From the NCBI GenBank assembly GCA_047602405.1, contig JASGHJ010000001.1, positions 96,001-160,000 of the forward strand: a stretch of DNA of 64,000 nt. Direction: 5' to 3'. Positions 39,483 through 50,759 of this stretch are shown here, piece after piece. Source of the stretch: Anaeromyxobacteraceae bacterium. Its GTDB lineage: Bacteria > Myxococcota > Myxococcia > Myxococcales > Anaeromyxobacteraceae. The position numbers and the translations under genes are program-made. The notes beneath the pieces are model-generated. The model had not been told where the DNA came from, made no database searches, and saw nothing but the letters and a program-made list of their open reading frames with translations. Numbering within the stretch: the first letter of the stretch is position 1; the number at the start of each line of letters is the position of its first letter.

Positions 39483-40316
39483 GTGACGACCTCCGCTGCC
39501 ATCTCCGCCGCCGCGCTCGCGCTCCGCGAGGCCGAGGTGCTCCTCGTGGGCGCGGGCGCCGGCATCGGCGTCGACTCCGGCCTGCCGGACTTCCGCGGCG
39601 ACCAGGGCTTCTGGAACGCCTACCCGCCCTACGAGAAGCTCGGCCTCACCTTCGTGGACGCCGCGAACCCGGAGCACTTCGGGGACGACCCGGCGTTCGG
39701 CTGGGGCTTCTACGGCCACCGGCTCGGGCTCTACCGCGCGACCGTGCCGCACGCCGGCTTCGCGCTGCTCCGCCGCTGGGCCGAGGCCCGCGGGCTCGCG
39801 TCGTTCGTGTTCACCTCCAACGTCGACGGCCAGTTCCAGAAGGCCGGCTTCGACCCCGCGCGCGTCGCAGAGGTCCACGGCTCCATCCACCACCTCCAGT
39901 GCGCCGGGCCGTGCACCGAGGCCATCTGGGAGAACCGCGAGGAGGTCCCGGTCGACCTCGCGACGATGCGCGCCCGCGCGATCCCCCGTTGCCCGCGCTG
40001 CCGCGGCGTCGCCCGCCCGAACATCCTCATGTTCGGCGACTTCGGCTGGATCCCCGACCGCTCGACGAAGCAGGGCGAGGCCTTCGACGCGTTCCTCGAG
40101 GAGCACCGCGGGCGCCGCACCGTCATCATCGAGCTCGGCGCCGGGAAGGCCATCCCGAGCGTGCGCGTGAAGGCCGAGCGCCTCGCGCAGCGGCCCGGGG
40201 TCGTGCTCGTGCGGATCAACCCGCGCGAGGCCGACGGGCCGAAGGGGACGATCTCGATCCCGGCCGGCGCGCTCGAGGGGCTGGGCGCGATCCAGGCGGA
40301 GCTCGACGCCGGGTAG
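39483..40316 (+). CDS. Sir2-family NAD-dependent deacylase
   Basis: GAGAGIGVDSGLPDFRG, TSNVDG, EVHGS, CPRC, RPNILMFGD. Confidence 0.9.
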   Translation: MTTSAAISAAALALREAEVLLVGAGAGIGVDSGLPDFRGDQGFWNAYPPYEKLGLTFVDAANPEHFGDDPAFGWGFYGHRLGLYRATVPHAGFALLRRWAEARGLASFVFTSNVDGQFQKAGFDPARVAEVHGSIHHLQCAGPCTEAIWENREEVPVDLATMRARAIPRCPRCRGVARPNILMFGDFGWIPDRSTKQGEAFDAFLEEHRGRRTVIIELGAGKAIPSVRVKAERLAQRPGVVLVRINPREADGPKGTISIPAGALEGLGAIQAELDAG

Positions 40317-40443
40317 TCCCGGGCGGCCGTGTCCGTCCCTCCGGTAGACTCCTCTCACCATCACGACGAGGCGAGAGCCGCGGCTCGACGACCCTCACCA
40401 ACCCCCGGCGGGCTCGCCGCCGGAACGGTGGCAATGCCGCGCG

Positions 40444-41079
40444 ATGGAGGACCCGATGCGCACGTTCCCCGACGTCCGTTTCCGCAAGCTCAACTCCGAG
40501 GCCCAGCACGCCGGGCGGCTGCTCGACGACCGGCGCTACGCCGAGGCCAGGGAGGCGTTCACCACCGCGCGCGCCCGCGCGCGCAAGCTCGGCCTCGACT
40601 CCGCGTACCTCGCGTGGGGCCTCGCGGTCGCGCTCGACATGACGGAGGAGACCGAGATGGCGTTCAAGGTCATCGCAGAGTCCGTCGCCATGGACCCGCT
40701 CAACCCGGCCGCGCAGCACTCGTTCGACACCATCGCCTGGAAGCTTCGGGCGACGCTCGAGGACCCCGACCGCGCGGCCGGCGACCCGTCGACGCCGCGC
40801 ATCTACGCCCTCCTCCTCGAGGCCGGCGAGGCCGACGTCGCCGCGCACGTGGCGATGGCGCGCCACCTCGACGCGACCGGCGACACGGCCGGCGCGCTGC
40901 GGCTCCTCGACTCGGTCACGCGGCTCGCGCCGGTCTCGCGCGACGCGTGGGCCGCGAGGGCCAGGGTCGCGCGCGCCGCCGGCGACGAGGCGCTCGCGGC
41001 CGAGTGCGACGCGCAGGTCGCGGCGCTCGGGACCGCGCGCATCCCGTTCGCGATCCCCGGCGAGCGGGCGGCGTGCTGA
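40444..41079 (+). CDS. TPR-like repeat protein
   Basis: Helical repeats (RYAEAREAF; GDTAGALRLL...LAP). Confidence 0.65.
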   Translation: MEDPMRTFPDVRFRKLNSEAQHAGRLLDDRRYAEAREAFTTARARARKLGLDSAYLAWGLAVALDMTEETEMAFKVIAESVAMDPLNPAAQHSFDTIAWKLRATLEDPDRAAGDPSTPRIYALLLEAGEADVAAHVAMARHLDATGDTAGALRLLDSVTRLAPVSRDAWAARARVARAAGDEALAAECDAQVAALGTARIPFAIPGERAAC

Positions 41080-41131
41080 GCGAGGGCGAACCGTCGCCGT
41101 CCGGCCACCGTGATATGGCCTGAGCGGAGCC

Positions 41132-43867
41132 ATGTCCGCCCCCCTCACGCTCACCCTCACCCCCGCGGGCCACCTCCGCCTGCGCGACGCCGAGCCCGGC
41201 GAGCCTGGCCTCGCCCGCGCGGCCGCCGGCCGCATCGCGGAGGCCTTCGAGCGCGGCACCGGCGCCGGGCTCCTCCACCTGGGCGCCGCCGAGGCGCGCA
41301 CGGACCTCCCCCCGGTCCTCGGCTTCTGGCGCGACCTCGGCCGCGCGTACGTGGCCGCGGCCTGCGCCCTCCCGGATCTCGAGGAGGCCCGCGAGCACGC
41401 CGCGCCCGCGCCGCGCGAGGGCGAGCTCGAGGCGCTCGCGGCCGCCGCGCCGCCGCTCCCGGGCGGTGAGTACCTCACCGCCGAGCTCCTCGCCGGCCTC
41501 TGGCGCGAGCTCGCCGCCGCCTGGCAGTCGGCGCTCGGCGCGCAACGCGGCACCGTGCAGGCGTGGCTCGCCGCGCAGGACCCGGCCTGGAGCGTCGTCG
41601 GCCGCGTGCACCTCCACCTCGCCGAGAACCGCGCCGACGAGGACCGGCCCTTCGCCTTCCTCGCGACCTACACGACCGGCCTCACCGCGAGCGGCAAGCC
41701 CCAGCACCGGCCGCTCGGTGACGCGGTCCGCGACACGCGCGCGAAGGACTCGAAGCGGCTCCTCGCGCTGCTCCAGCCCGTGCACCGGGCCTCCGAGCAC
41801 AGCGCGCTCGTGAAGGCGCTCGCGGACTCCGGCCAGCTCTTCGAGCCGCAGGCCTGGACACCGGACGAGGCGCTGAGGTTCCTGCGCGAGGTGCCGAAGC
41901 TCGAGGCGAGCGGCGTCATCGTGCGCGTGCCCGGGTGGTGGAGCGCCCGCAGGCCGCCGCGCCCGCAGGTCACCGTCTCGGTCGGCGAGCAGGCGCCCTC
42001 GGGCCTCGGGCTCGACGCGCTGCTCGACTTCCAGGTCCAGCTCACGCTCGACGGCGAGGCCATCACGGCGGAGGAGCTCCGCCGGCTGCGCGCGCAGACC
42101 TCCGGCCTCGCGCTGCTCCGGGGTCGGTGGGTGGAGGTCGACCAGGAGCGCCTCGACGAGATGCTCCGGCGCTGGAAGGCCGCGGAGCAGGGCGCGCGCG
42201 AGGGGCTCACGTTCGTCGAGGCGATGCGCCTCGTCGCGGGCGCCGAGCTCGAGGCGCGCTCGCCGCTCGCCGGGAGCGATCCGTCGTGGACGGGCGTGCG
42301 GCCCGGCGCCTGGCTCGCGGAGACGCTCGCCGAGCTCCGCGGCACGGGCGGCGCCGAGAAGGCCGACCCGGGCGCCGCGCTCCACGCGACGCTCCGGCCC
42401 TACCAGCAGGAGGGGCTCCGCTGGCTCTGGACGCTCAGCCGGCTCGGCCTCGGCGGCTGCCTCGCCGACGACATGGGGCTCGGGAAGACCGTGCAGGTGC
42501 TCGCGCTGCTCCTCGTGCTGAAGCGCCACCGCTCGCTGCCGGGCCCGCACCTGCTCGTCGCGCCGGCCTCGCTCCTCTCCAACTGGCGCGCCGAGGCGGC
42601 CCGGTTCGCGCCCTCCCTCCGGTTGCTGGTGGCGCACCCCTCGGCGACGCCGCGCCCCGAGCTCGAGGCGCTCGACGAGCAGGCGGTGGCCGATCACGAC
42701 CTCGTCCTCGTGAGCTACGGCTCCGTGCACCGCCTGCCCTGGCTCGCGAAGGCCCGCTTCGGCCTCGTCGTGCTCGACGAGGCGCAGGCCATCAAGAATC
42801 CCGGCGCGCGCCAGACCCGCGCGGTGAAGGCGCTGCCGTCGCGCCTCAGGCTCGCGCTCACCGGCACGCCAGTCGAGAACCGCGCGGGCGACCTCTGGTC
42901 CATCTTCGACTTCGTGAACCCCGGGCTCCTCGGCTCCGCGAAGGAGTTCGGCGCGTTCGTGAAGCGCGCGAGCGCGCCGGCGGCGCCTCCGCCGGAGGGC
43001 ACCGCCGAGCGGCGCTCGCCCTACGCCGCGCTCCGCGAGCTCGTCCGGCCCTACATCCTGCGGCGGCTCAAGACCGACCGCGCCGTCATCTCCGACCTGC
43101 CGGGCAAGACCGAGGTGAAGGCCTACTGCGGCCTCACGAAGCGCCAGGCCGCGCTGTACCAGGAGGCCGTCGAGGGGCTCGCGCGCGACATGCGCCGGAT
43201 GGGCGCGAGCGACCGCATGCGGCGCCGCGGCCTCGTGCTCTCGTACCTCATGCGCCTCAAGCAGATCTGCAACCACCCCTCGCACTGGCTCGACGACGGC
43301 GCGTACGACCCCGCCGACAGCGGCAAGTACGCGCGCCTCGCCGAGCTCGCCGAGGTCGTCGCCTCCCGCCAGGAGAAGGTGCTCGTCTTCACGCAGTTCC
43401 GCGAGATGGCCGACCCGCTCGCGCGCCACCTCACCACGCTCCTCGGCCGGCCGGGGCTCGTCCTCACCGGGGACACGAAGGTGAAGGAGCGCGGCGAGCT
43501 CGTGAAGCGCTTCCAGGAGGACGAGGACGTCCCCTTCTTCGTGCTGACGCTGAAGGCCGGCGGCACCGGCCTCAACCTGACGGCCGCGACCCACGTCGTG
43601 CACTTCGACCGCTGGTGGAACCCGGCGGTCGAGAACCAGGCGACCGACCGGGCGTTCCGCATCGGCCAGAAGAAGGCGGTGCTCGTCCACAAGCTCGTGT
43701 GCCGGGGCACGATCGAGGAGCGCATCGACGCCATGCTCGAGGACAAGCGGGCGCTGGCGAAGGATCTCCTCGAGGGCGGCGAGGAGCTGCGCCTCACCGA
43801 GCTCGACGACCAGGCCCTGCTCTCGCTCGTCTCGCTGGACTTGCGGGCCGCCAGCGCCGATACCTGA
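41132..43867 (+). CDS. SNF2-family helicase
   Basis: LRPYQ, LADDMGLGKT, LDEAQAIKN, LTGTPVEN, DRWWNPAVENQATDRAFRIGQ. Confidence 0.95.
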   Translation: MSAPLTLTLTPAGHLRLRDAEPGEPGLARAAAGRIAEAFERGTGAGLLHLGAAEARTDLPPVLGFWRDLGRAYVAAACALPDLEEAREHAAPAPREGELEALAAAAPPLPGGEYLTAELLAGLWRELAAAWQSALGAQRGTVQAWLAAQDPAWSVVGRVHLHLAENRADEDRPFAFLATYTTGLTASGKPQHRPLGDAVRDTRAKDSKRLLALLQPVHRASEHSALVKALADSGQLFEPQAWTPDEALRFLREVPKLEASGVIVRVPGWWSARRPPRPQVTVSVGEQAPSGLGLDALLDFQVQLTLDGEAITAEELRRLRAQTSGLALLRGRWVEVDQERLDEMLRRWKAAEQGAREGLTFVEAMRLVAGAELEARSPLAGSDPSWTGVRPGAWLAETLAELRGTGGAEKADPGAALHATLRPYQQEGLRWLWTLSRLGLGGCLADDMGLGKTVQVLALLLVLKRHRSLPGPHLLVAPASLLSNWRAEAARFAPSLRLLVAHPSATPRPELEALDEQAVADHDLVLVSYGSVHRLPWLAKARFGLVVLDEAQAIKNPGARQTRAVKALPSRLRLALTGTPVENRAGDLWSIFDFVNPGLLGSAKEFGAFVKRASAPAAPPPEGTAERRSPYAALRELVRPYILRRLKTDRAVISDLPGKTEVKAYCGLTKRQAALYQEAVEGLARDMRRMGASDRMRRRGLVLSYLMRLKQICNHPSHWLDDGAYDPADSGKYARLAELAEVVASRQEKVLVFTQFREMADPLARHLTTLLGRPGLVLTGDTKVKERGELVKRFQEDEDVPFFVLTLKAGGTGLNLTAATHVVHFDRWWNPAVENQATDRAFRIGQKKAVLVHKLVCRGTIEERIDAMLEDKRALAKDLLEGGEELRLTELDDQALLSLVSLDLRAASADT

Positions 43868-43879
43868 GCCGGAGCGCGC

Positions 43880-44656
43880 GTGGCCTTCTACGGCGGATTC
43901 CCACCTTACGTCCCGGTCGCCGAGCGGCAGCGGCTCGCGCGGCAGGAGCTCGCGCGCCTGCGGAAGAAGGGCCACGCCCCCGAGCCGGTCGTCATCGAAG
44001 GCCGCCACATCGCGACGACGTTCTGGGGCAAGGCCTGGTGCGATCACCTGGAGGGCCACGCCGACCTCGAGACCCGGCTCCCGAGGGGGCGCCGCTACGC
44101 GAGGAACGGCGCGGTGATCGATCTGAAGATCACGAGGGGCGCCGTCGAGGCGCGGGTCATGGGGAGCGAGCTCTACTCCGCCTCCGTCGCGATCCGGCCG
44201 CTCGCGCCCGCCCGCTGGCGGTCGGTCCGGGAGCGCTGCTCCGGCAGCATCGGCACGGTGGTGGAGCTCCTCTCCGGGAAGCTCTCCGAGGCGGTCATGT
44301 CCGTGCTCTGCCACCGCGAGGAGGGCCTCTTCCCGGACACCGAGGAGCTCACGCTCGACTGCTCGTGCCCGGACGGCGCCTGGCTGTGCAAGCACCTCGC
44401 GGCGGTGCTCTACGGCGTGGGTGCGCGGCTCGACCAGCAGCCCGAGCTCCTCTTCACGCTGCGCGGCGTGGATCTCTCCGAGCTCGTCGCCCAGGCGGGG
44501 ACCGCGAAGAAGCTCGCGCGGCCCGCGCGGCAGAAGAAGCCGCTCGATAGGGCGAAGCTGGGGGCCATCTTCGGGATCGAGCTCGAGCGCGAGGAGCCCG
44601 CGCCTCGCCCGCGCCGCCCGGGCCGCCGGGCCACCGCACGGGCGCGTCGGACCTGA
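43880..44656 (+). CDS. SWIM zinc-finger protein
   Basis: RLPRGRRYARNG, CSCPD...CKHLAAVLYG. Confidence 0.9.
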   Translation: MAFYGGFPPYVPVAERQRLARQELARLRKKGHAPEPVVIEGRHIATTFWGKAWCDHLEGHADLETRLPRGRRYARNGAVIDLKITRGAVEARVMGSELYSASVAIRPLAPARWRSVRERCSGSIGTVVELLSGKLSEAVMSVLCHREEGLFPDTEELTLDCSCPDGAWLCKHLAAVLYGVGARLDQQPELLFTLRGVDLSELVAQAGTAKKLARPARQKKPLDRAKLGAIFGIELEREEPAPRPRRPGRRATARARRT

Positions 44657-44905
44657 GCCCTGGACGGGGCCAGGGAGTAACGCCCCGGCCCCTCGCGCGA
44701 CCGACGTACGAGCAGGCATCGCCCCGACCGGGCCTCCGTCGGGCCCAGGTGGGTCCCACCGGATCCTCCCTGCCCCGGCGAGCCTCGACGTGGAGGCGTG
44801 TAGAGGTTTCCCCACGTGCGCACGGACCCGAACGCGCCCCACGCGGCACCCTTCCCCCACGGCTTCGCCGTGCAACGGTAGACCCTCCTCCGATCGCGAG
44901 GCGCC

Positions 44906-45915
44906 ATGCAGAGACCCCAGCCTGCAGCCCGGACGTCTGCACCGAGCCGGCCCACCCCGGAGGCCGACCACACGCGCGAGGCCTTCCGCGCCGCCGTGCT
45001 CGCGGGCCTCTCGCGCACGCCGCGGGCGCTCCCCTCGGTCTGGTTCTACGACGCATGGGGCAGCCGCCTCTTCCAGCGGATCATGCACCTCGACGGCTAC
45101 TACCCCACCCGCGTCGAGACCGAGATCCTGGAGCGCTCGGCGACCGCCCTCGTGGAGCGCCTCGAGGCGCCGCCCGCGGCTGTCGTCGACCTCGGCGCCG
45201 GCGACGGCAAGAAGACCCAGCTGCTCCTCGCCGCGGCGCGCGCCCGCGCGCCCGGGGTCACCTACGCGCCGGTCGACGTCTCGGAGGCCGCGCTCCACTC
45301 GGCGAGCGAGCGCATGCACGCCGTCTGGCCGGACCTCTCGGTGCGGCCCCTGCGCGGCGACTACGTCGAGTGCCTCGGCCGGGTGCGCCGCGCGCTCGCC
45401 GGACCGCTGCTCGCGCTGCTCCTCGGCTCCAACCTCGGCAACCTGGAGTGGGACGAGGCGGTCGGGCTCCTGCGCCGGCTGCGCGCCTCGCTGCGTAAAG
45501 GCGATCACCTCCTCATCGGGCTCGACCTCCTGAAGGACGAGGCCGTGCTGCGCGGCGCCTACGACGACGACGAGGGCGTGACGGCCGCGTTCAACCTCAA
45601 CCTGCTGGCGCGCATCAACCGCGAGCTCGGCGGCGACCTCGACCTCGACGCGTTCGAGCACCGCGCGACGTTCGACCACCGGCGCCCCGCCATGGAGAGC
45701 TGGCTCGTCGCGCGGCGGGCCACCTCCGCGACCATCGCCGGGGAGCGCCTCGAGTTCGGCGAGGGCGAGGCGATCCACACCGAGATCTCCTGGAAGTACA
45801 CCGAGGCCCAGGTGGCCGAGCTCGCGCGCGCCGCCGGCTTCGAGGAGGTCGCGCGCTTCCACGACGCGCGGCGCTGGTTCGTGGACGCGCTCTGGCGCGT
45901 GCCGGGGGCCGCACG

Positions 45916-45919
<4 letters not shown>
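44906..45919 (+). CDS. egtD: L-histidine N-alpha-trimethyltransferase
   Basis: FYDAWGSRLF, YYPTRVE, DLGAGDG, GSNLGN, AYDD..GVTAAFNLN, IHTEISWK. Confidence 0.93.
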
Positions 45920-47160
<1,241 letters not shown>

Positions 47161-47169
47161 GCTCCACCC

Positions 47170-47862
47170 ATGGCGCCCTCGGTGGAGCCCGCGCTCCTCG
47201 TGATCGCGGACATCGGCGGATACACCCGCTTCCTGCGCGAGCAGCGCACCTCGGCCGCGCACGCGCCCGTCATCGTCGGCGAGCTGCTCGAGGCCGTGAT
47301 CGAGGGCGCCCGCGGCTTCCGGCTCGCGAAGCTCGAGGGCGACGCGGCGTTCCTGCGCTCCCGCAGCGATCCGGAGGCGCTCGCCGGCCGGCTCGTCGAC
47401 GCCGTCGCCGACGCGCACCGCCGCTTCGTCCGGCGCCGCAGCGCGATGGTCGCGCGGAACACCTGCGGCTGCGACGCGTGCAGCCAGCTCTCCCAGCTGA
47501 GGCTCAAGTTCGTCTCCCACCTCGGCGAGGTGGTCGTGCACAGGGTGTGGCGGAGCGAGGAGGTCGCCGGCGTCGACGTGATCCTCGTGCACCGCATGCT
47601 GAAGAACGAGGTCCCGGTCGACGACTACCTCCTCGTCACCGACCCGGTGCTCTCGCGCCTCGGCGCGGCGGGCGCGGCGGCGGTGCGGCTCGAGCACGAG
47701 TTCGAGGGCCTGGGTCGCGTCCCGACGGCCTACCTCGCCGTGCCCGCGGCCGCGCCGGAGGACGAGCCGGCCCCGTCCCTCGCGCGGAAGCTCCTCGCGC
47801 GCCTCGTGCTCGAGGTGCGCGCGCTGCCGAACCGCGCGTTGCCGATCCCCGCGCGGCCCTGA
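47170..47862 (+). CDS. DUF2652 family (nucleotidyl cyclase-like fold)
   Basis: IADIGGYTRF, KLEGDA, CGCDAC, LKFVSHLG, DVILVHRMLKN. Confidence 0.85.
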   Translation: MAPSVEPALLVIADIGGYTRFLREQRTSAAHAPVIVGELLEAVIEGARGFRLAKLEGDAAFLRSRSDPEALAGRLVDAVADAHRRFVRRRSAMVARNTCGCDACSQLSQLRLKFVSHLGEVVVHRVWRSEEVAGVDVILVHRMLKNEVPVDDYLLVTDPVLSRLGAAGAAAVRLEHEFEGLGRVPTAYLAVPAAAPEDEPAPSLARKLLARLVLEVRALPNRALPIPARP

Positions 47863-47961
47863 CGGGTCCTCGCAGCGGCGGCTGTAACGGCGGGCGGGCT
47901 CCCGAGTCCCACTCTCCGTGTGGCGGACGAACCCCCGCCCCGGACCCGGAGGAGCCGCCCC

Positions 47962-48612
47962 ATGACCCGCCTCACCGCCGCGCTCTCGCTCTCCCTCACC
48001 CTGACCCTCCCCGCCGACGCGCGCGCGGAGGCCTTCACCGTCAACCCCGACGCCGGCAACAGCGGCTTCTCCGCCGTCTTCGACGCGCAGCTCGGCGAGC
48101 GCATCAACGCCGTCAGCTCGTCGGTCGGCTGCGACGTCACCTACGACGAGAAGACCGGCCTCGCCTCCGGCCGCTGCGCGGTGCCGCTCCTCTCGGTGAA
48201 GGTCGACGCCGACGACACGAAGAGCGACCACTTCCACCAGTGGGCCACGAACAAGAAGTCCGAGCCGAAGGACTGCAAGCTCGAGGCGGTCTTCCAGGAC
48301 GTGAAGGTCGGCGCGCTCGCCGCCGAGCGGGCGATGCCGTTCACCGCGCAGATCCCGTTCACCGTCTGCGGCCGCGCCCGCGCCGACGGCGGCCGGGAGA
48401 CCGTGAAGGGCACCGCGATGCTCTTCCCGCCCGGCGCGTACGGCGACAAGAAGACCATCCGCATCCGCGCGACCGTCGCCGACTTCGACCGCGACGCGTA
48501 CCGGATCGGCCCGAAGTACACCGACGGCTGGCTCGCGCGCGTCCAGGCCCTCGCGAAGGTCGTCGCCGAGAAGGGCACCGTCGAGCTCTCCCTCTTCGCC
48601 CGCACGAAGTGA
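47962..48612 (+). CDS. secreted YceI-like protein
   Basis: Signal peptide ending ARA; VPLLSVK.D.D.KSDH and DFDRDAYRIG resemble YceI; GGAGG RBS. Confidence 0.65.
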   Translation: MTRLTAALSLSLTLTLPADARAEAFTVNPDAGNSGFSAVFDAQLGERINAVSSSVGCDVTYDEKTGLASGRCAVPLLSVKVDADDTKSDHFHQWATNKKSEPKDCKLEAVFQDVKVGALAAERAMPFTAQIPFTVCGRARADGGRETVKGTAMLFPPGAYGDKKTIRIRATVADFDRDAYRIGPKYTDGWLARVQALAKVVAEKGTVELSLFARTK

Positions 48613-48714
48613 TCCGGATCCGTTCGCCCCGAGCGTCGGGCCGCGCAGCGGCCCGGAGACGAGGGGCGCAGCTCGTAGCAGTCCCCCACCGCAGCTCAAC
48701 CGAAAGGAAACACC

Positions 48715-48987
48715 ATGTTCCGTGAAGCCATGAAGGGTGCCGCCGTCGCCGCCGCCGTCTGCTCGATGTTCGCCGCGGGCACCGCCCAGGCGAGCGAGAA
48801 GCCGAAGGACGCCCCGAAGGTCGTGCAGTGCGGCGGCATCAACGCGTGCAAGGGCCAGGGCGCCTGCGCCGGCGCCGACAACTCCTGCAAGGCCCAGAAC
48901 TCCTGCAAGGGCAAGGGCTGGGTCGAGACGAAGACCGCGAAGGAGTGCACCGACAAGGGCGGCAAGGTCGTCGTCGCGAAGATGTAG
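48715..48987 (+). CDS. bufferin-type (BufA2-like) six-Cys RiPP precursor
   Basis: Signal peptide ending [16 protein letters not shown]...[13 protein letters not shown]...EC; directly upstream of DUF692. Confidence 0.85.
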   Translation: MFREAMKGAAVAAAVCSMFAAGTAQASEKPKDAPKVVQCGGINACKGQGACAGADNSCKAQNSCKGKGWVETKTAKECTDKGGKVVVAKM

Positions 48988-49060
48988 CCGGCACCTTCAC
49001 GCACCCCGGAGCCCGGGGCCGGCCTGCGCCGCACGCGCGGCCGGCCCCGGGGTTCACCGC

Positions 49061-49924
49061 ATGAACAGCTCGCTCGGTCACGGCATCGGCCTCCGCACGC
49101 AGCACTTCCCCCGGTTCATGGCGGCGCGCCCGCCTGTCGACTGGGTGGAGGTCGTCTCCGAGAACTTCATGGCCCCCGGCGGCCGGCCCATCGCGGTCCT
49201 CGAGAAGGTCCGCGCCGAGTGCCCGGTCGTGCTCCACGGCGTGTCGCTCGCCATCGGCTCGGTCGACCCGATCCCGGAGCGCTACCTCGCGGACCTCTCC
49301 GCGCTCGTGGACCGCATCCAGCCCGCGCTCGTCTCCGACCACCTGTGCTGGGGCACGCACCGCGGGCAGTACGTCCACGACCTCCTCCCGCTGCCGTACA
49401 CCGAGGAGTCGCTCGCGCACGTCACGGCGCGCGTGCACCAGGTCCAGGAGCGCCTCGGCCGCCCGCTCCTCCTCGAGAACCCGTCCACCTACGTCGCCTT
49501 CAACGACTCCACCCTGACCGAGTGGGAGTTCCTGGCCGAGCTCACGCGCCGCTCCGGCTGCGGGATCCTCCTCGACGTCAACAACGTGTACGTGAGCGCG
49601 CGCAACCTCGGCTTCGACGCGCTCGAGTACCTCCGCGGCGTCCCCGCCGGCAGCGTCGGCTACTTCCACCTCGCCGGCCACGCCGACCACGGCCGCTACC
49701 TCCTCGACACGCACGACCACGAGGTCCCCGAGGCGGTGTGGGCGCTGTACCGCGAGGCCGTGCGCCGCTTCGGCCGCGTGCCGTCGCTCGTCGAGTGGGA
49801 CGACGCCATCCCGCCCCTCGACGAGGTCGTCGCGCAGAGCCGGCGGGCCGCCGCCGAGGAGGCCACGGTGTTCGAGACCACGGCGCTCGGGGCCGAGGCC
49901 GGCCCCCGGAGGCTCGCGTCGTGA
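49061..49924 (+). CDS. DUF692 multinuclear non-heme iron oxidative enzyme (BufB-like)
   Basis: GIGLR, ENF, HGVSLAIG, SDHLCW, LLPLPY, LLENPS, LLDVNNVYV, HLAGH, DTHD, EWD. Confidence 0.92.
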   Translation: MNSSLGHGIGLRTQHFPRFMAARPPVDWVEVVSENFMAPGGRPIAVLEKVRAECPVVLHGVSLAIGSVDPIPERYLADLSALVDRIQPALVSDHLCWGTHRGQYVHDLLPLPYTEESLAHVTARVHQVQERLGRPLLLENPSTYVAFNDSTLTEWEFLAELTRRSGCGILLDVNNVYVSARNLGFDALEYLRGVPAGSVGYFHLAGHADHGRYLLDTHDHEVPEAVWALYREAVRRFGRVPSLVEWDDAIPPLDEVVAQSRRAAAEEATVFETTALGAEAGPRRLAS

Positions 49925-50694
49925 CGCTCGCCGAGACCCAGGCGCTCTTCCACGAGGCCATTACCGGGCAGGAGCCGCTCGCGGCGGAGCGCCTGGAGGC
50001 CTGCTTCGCCGGCACGCCCGAGCTCCCGGCCACGGACCGCGTCGCGATCTACTCGGGCATGTACCTCGCGCGGCTCGTCGACGCGCTGCGCGCCACCTAC
50101 CCCGCGCTCGCGCGCTTCCTCGGCGACGAGACCTTCCACGCCCTCGCCGAGGACTACCTCGTCCGCCACCCCTCGGAGCACCACGACGTCGGGAACGTCG
50201 GCCGACACCTCCCCGCCTTCCTGCGCGCCTTCCCGGACCCGGAGCGACCCGACCTCGCCGACCTCGCCGCGCTCGAGTGGGCGCGCCAGGAGGTCTTCTT
50301 CGCGGCGGAGACCGCGCCGCTCGGCCGCGAGGCGTTCGCCGACCTCGAGGGGCCGGCGTTCCTCCGCACCGGCCTCGCGCTCTCGCCGGCCCTGCGGCTC
50401 GTCGTGCTCGATCACGCCGCGGCGGACCTGTGGCGCAGCGTCGAGGCCGGGGAGCCGCCCGGCCCACCGGCGCCCGGTCCCTCCGCGGTCGCGGTCTGGC
50501 GCCGCGGCTTCGAGGTCTTCCACGGCGCGCTCGCGCTCGACGAGGCGGCCGCGCTCGACGCCGCCGCCTCCGGCGCGAACCTCGGCGCGATCTGCGCCGC
50601 GTTCTCCGGCCGGGAGGACGCCGCCGCGGCGGCGTTCGAGGCCCTGTCGGGCTGGCTCGCGGAGGGCTGGGTGGCGGCCCTCGTCGACGCCTGA
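49921..50694 (+). CDS. DUF2063 partner protein (BufC-like)
   Basis: LAETQALF, RVAIYS.MY.ARL, DLAALEWA; GTGA overlap with DUF692. Confidence 0.85.
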   Translation: MTLAETQALFHEAITGQEPLAAERLEACFAGTPELPATDRVAIYSGMYLARLVDALRATYPALARFLGDETFHALAEDYLVRHPSEHHDVGNVGRHLPAFLRAFPDPERPDLADLAALEWARQEVFFAAETAPLGREAFADLEGPAFLRTGLALSPALRLVVLDHAAADLWRSVEAGEPPGPPAPGPSAVAVWRRGFEVFHGALALDEAAALDAAASGANLGAICAAFSGREDAAAAAFEALSGWLAEGWVAALVDA

Positions 50695-50759
50695 CCCGCC
50701 GACAGCACGTTGCCGGGACGGGTCCCGGTCCGCACCGTTCGAGCGGACCTCCGCCCGCG

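Noticed and set aside
39483..40316. Sirtuin as a defence NADase
   Set aside because: It has the zinc-binding Cys pairs and motifs of a standalone deacylase, in a non-island context.
40916..45862. 1648-aa minus-strand ORF and similar long ORFs (45559-48699, 52146-55268, 61088-63871, 33009-35570)
   Set aside because: Antisense or off-frame shadows of real high-GC genes; Arg/Gly/Pro-rich with no motifs.
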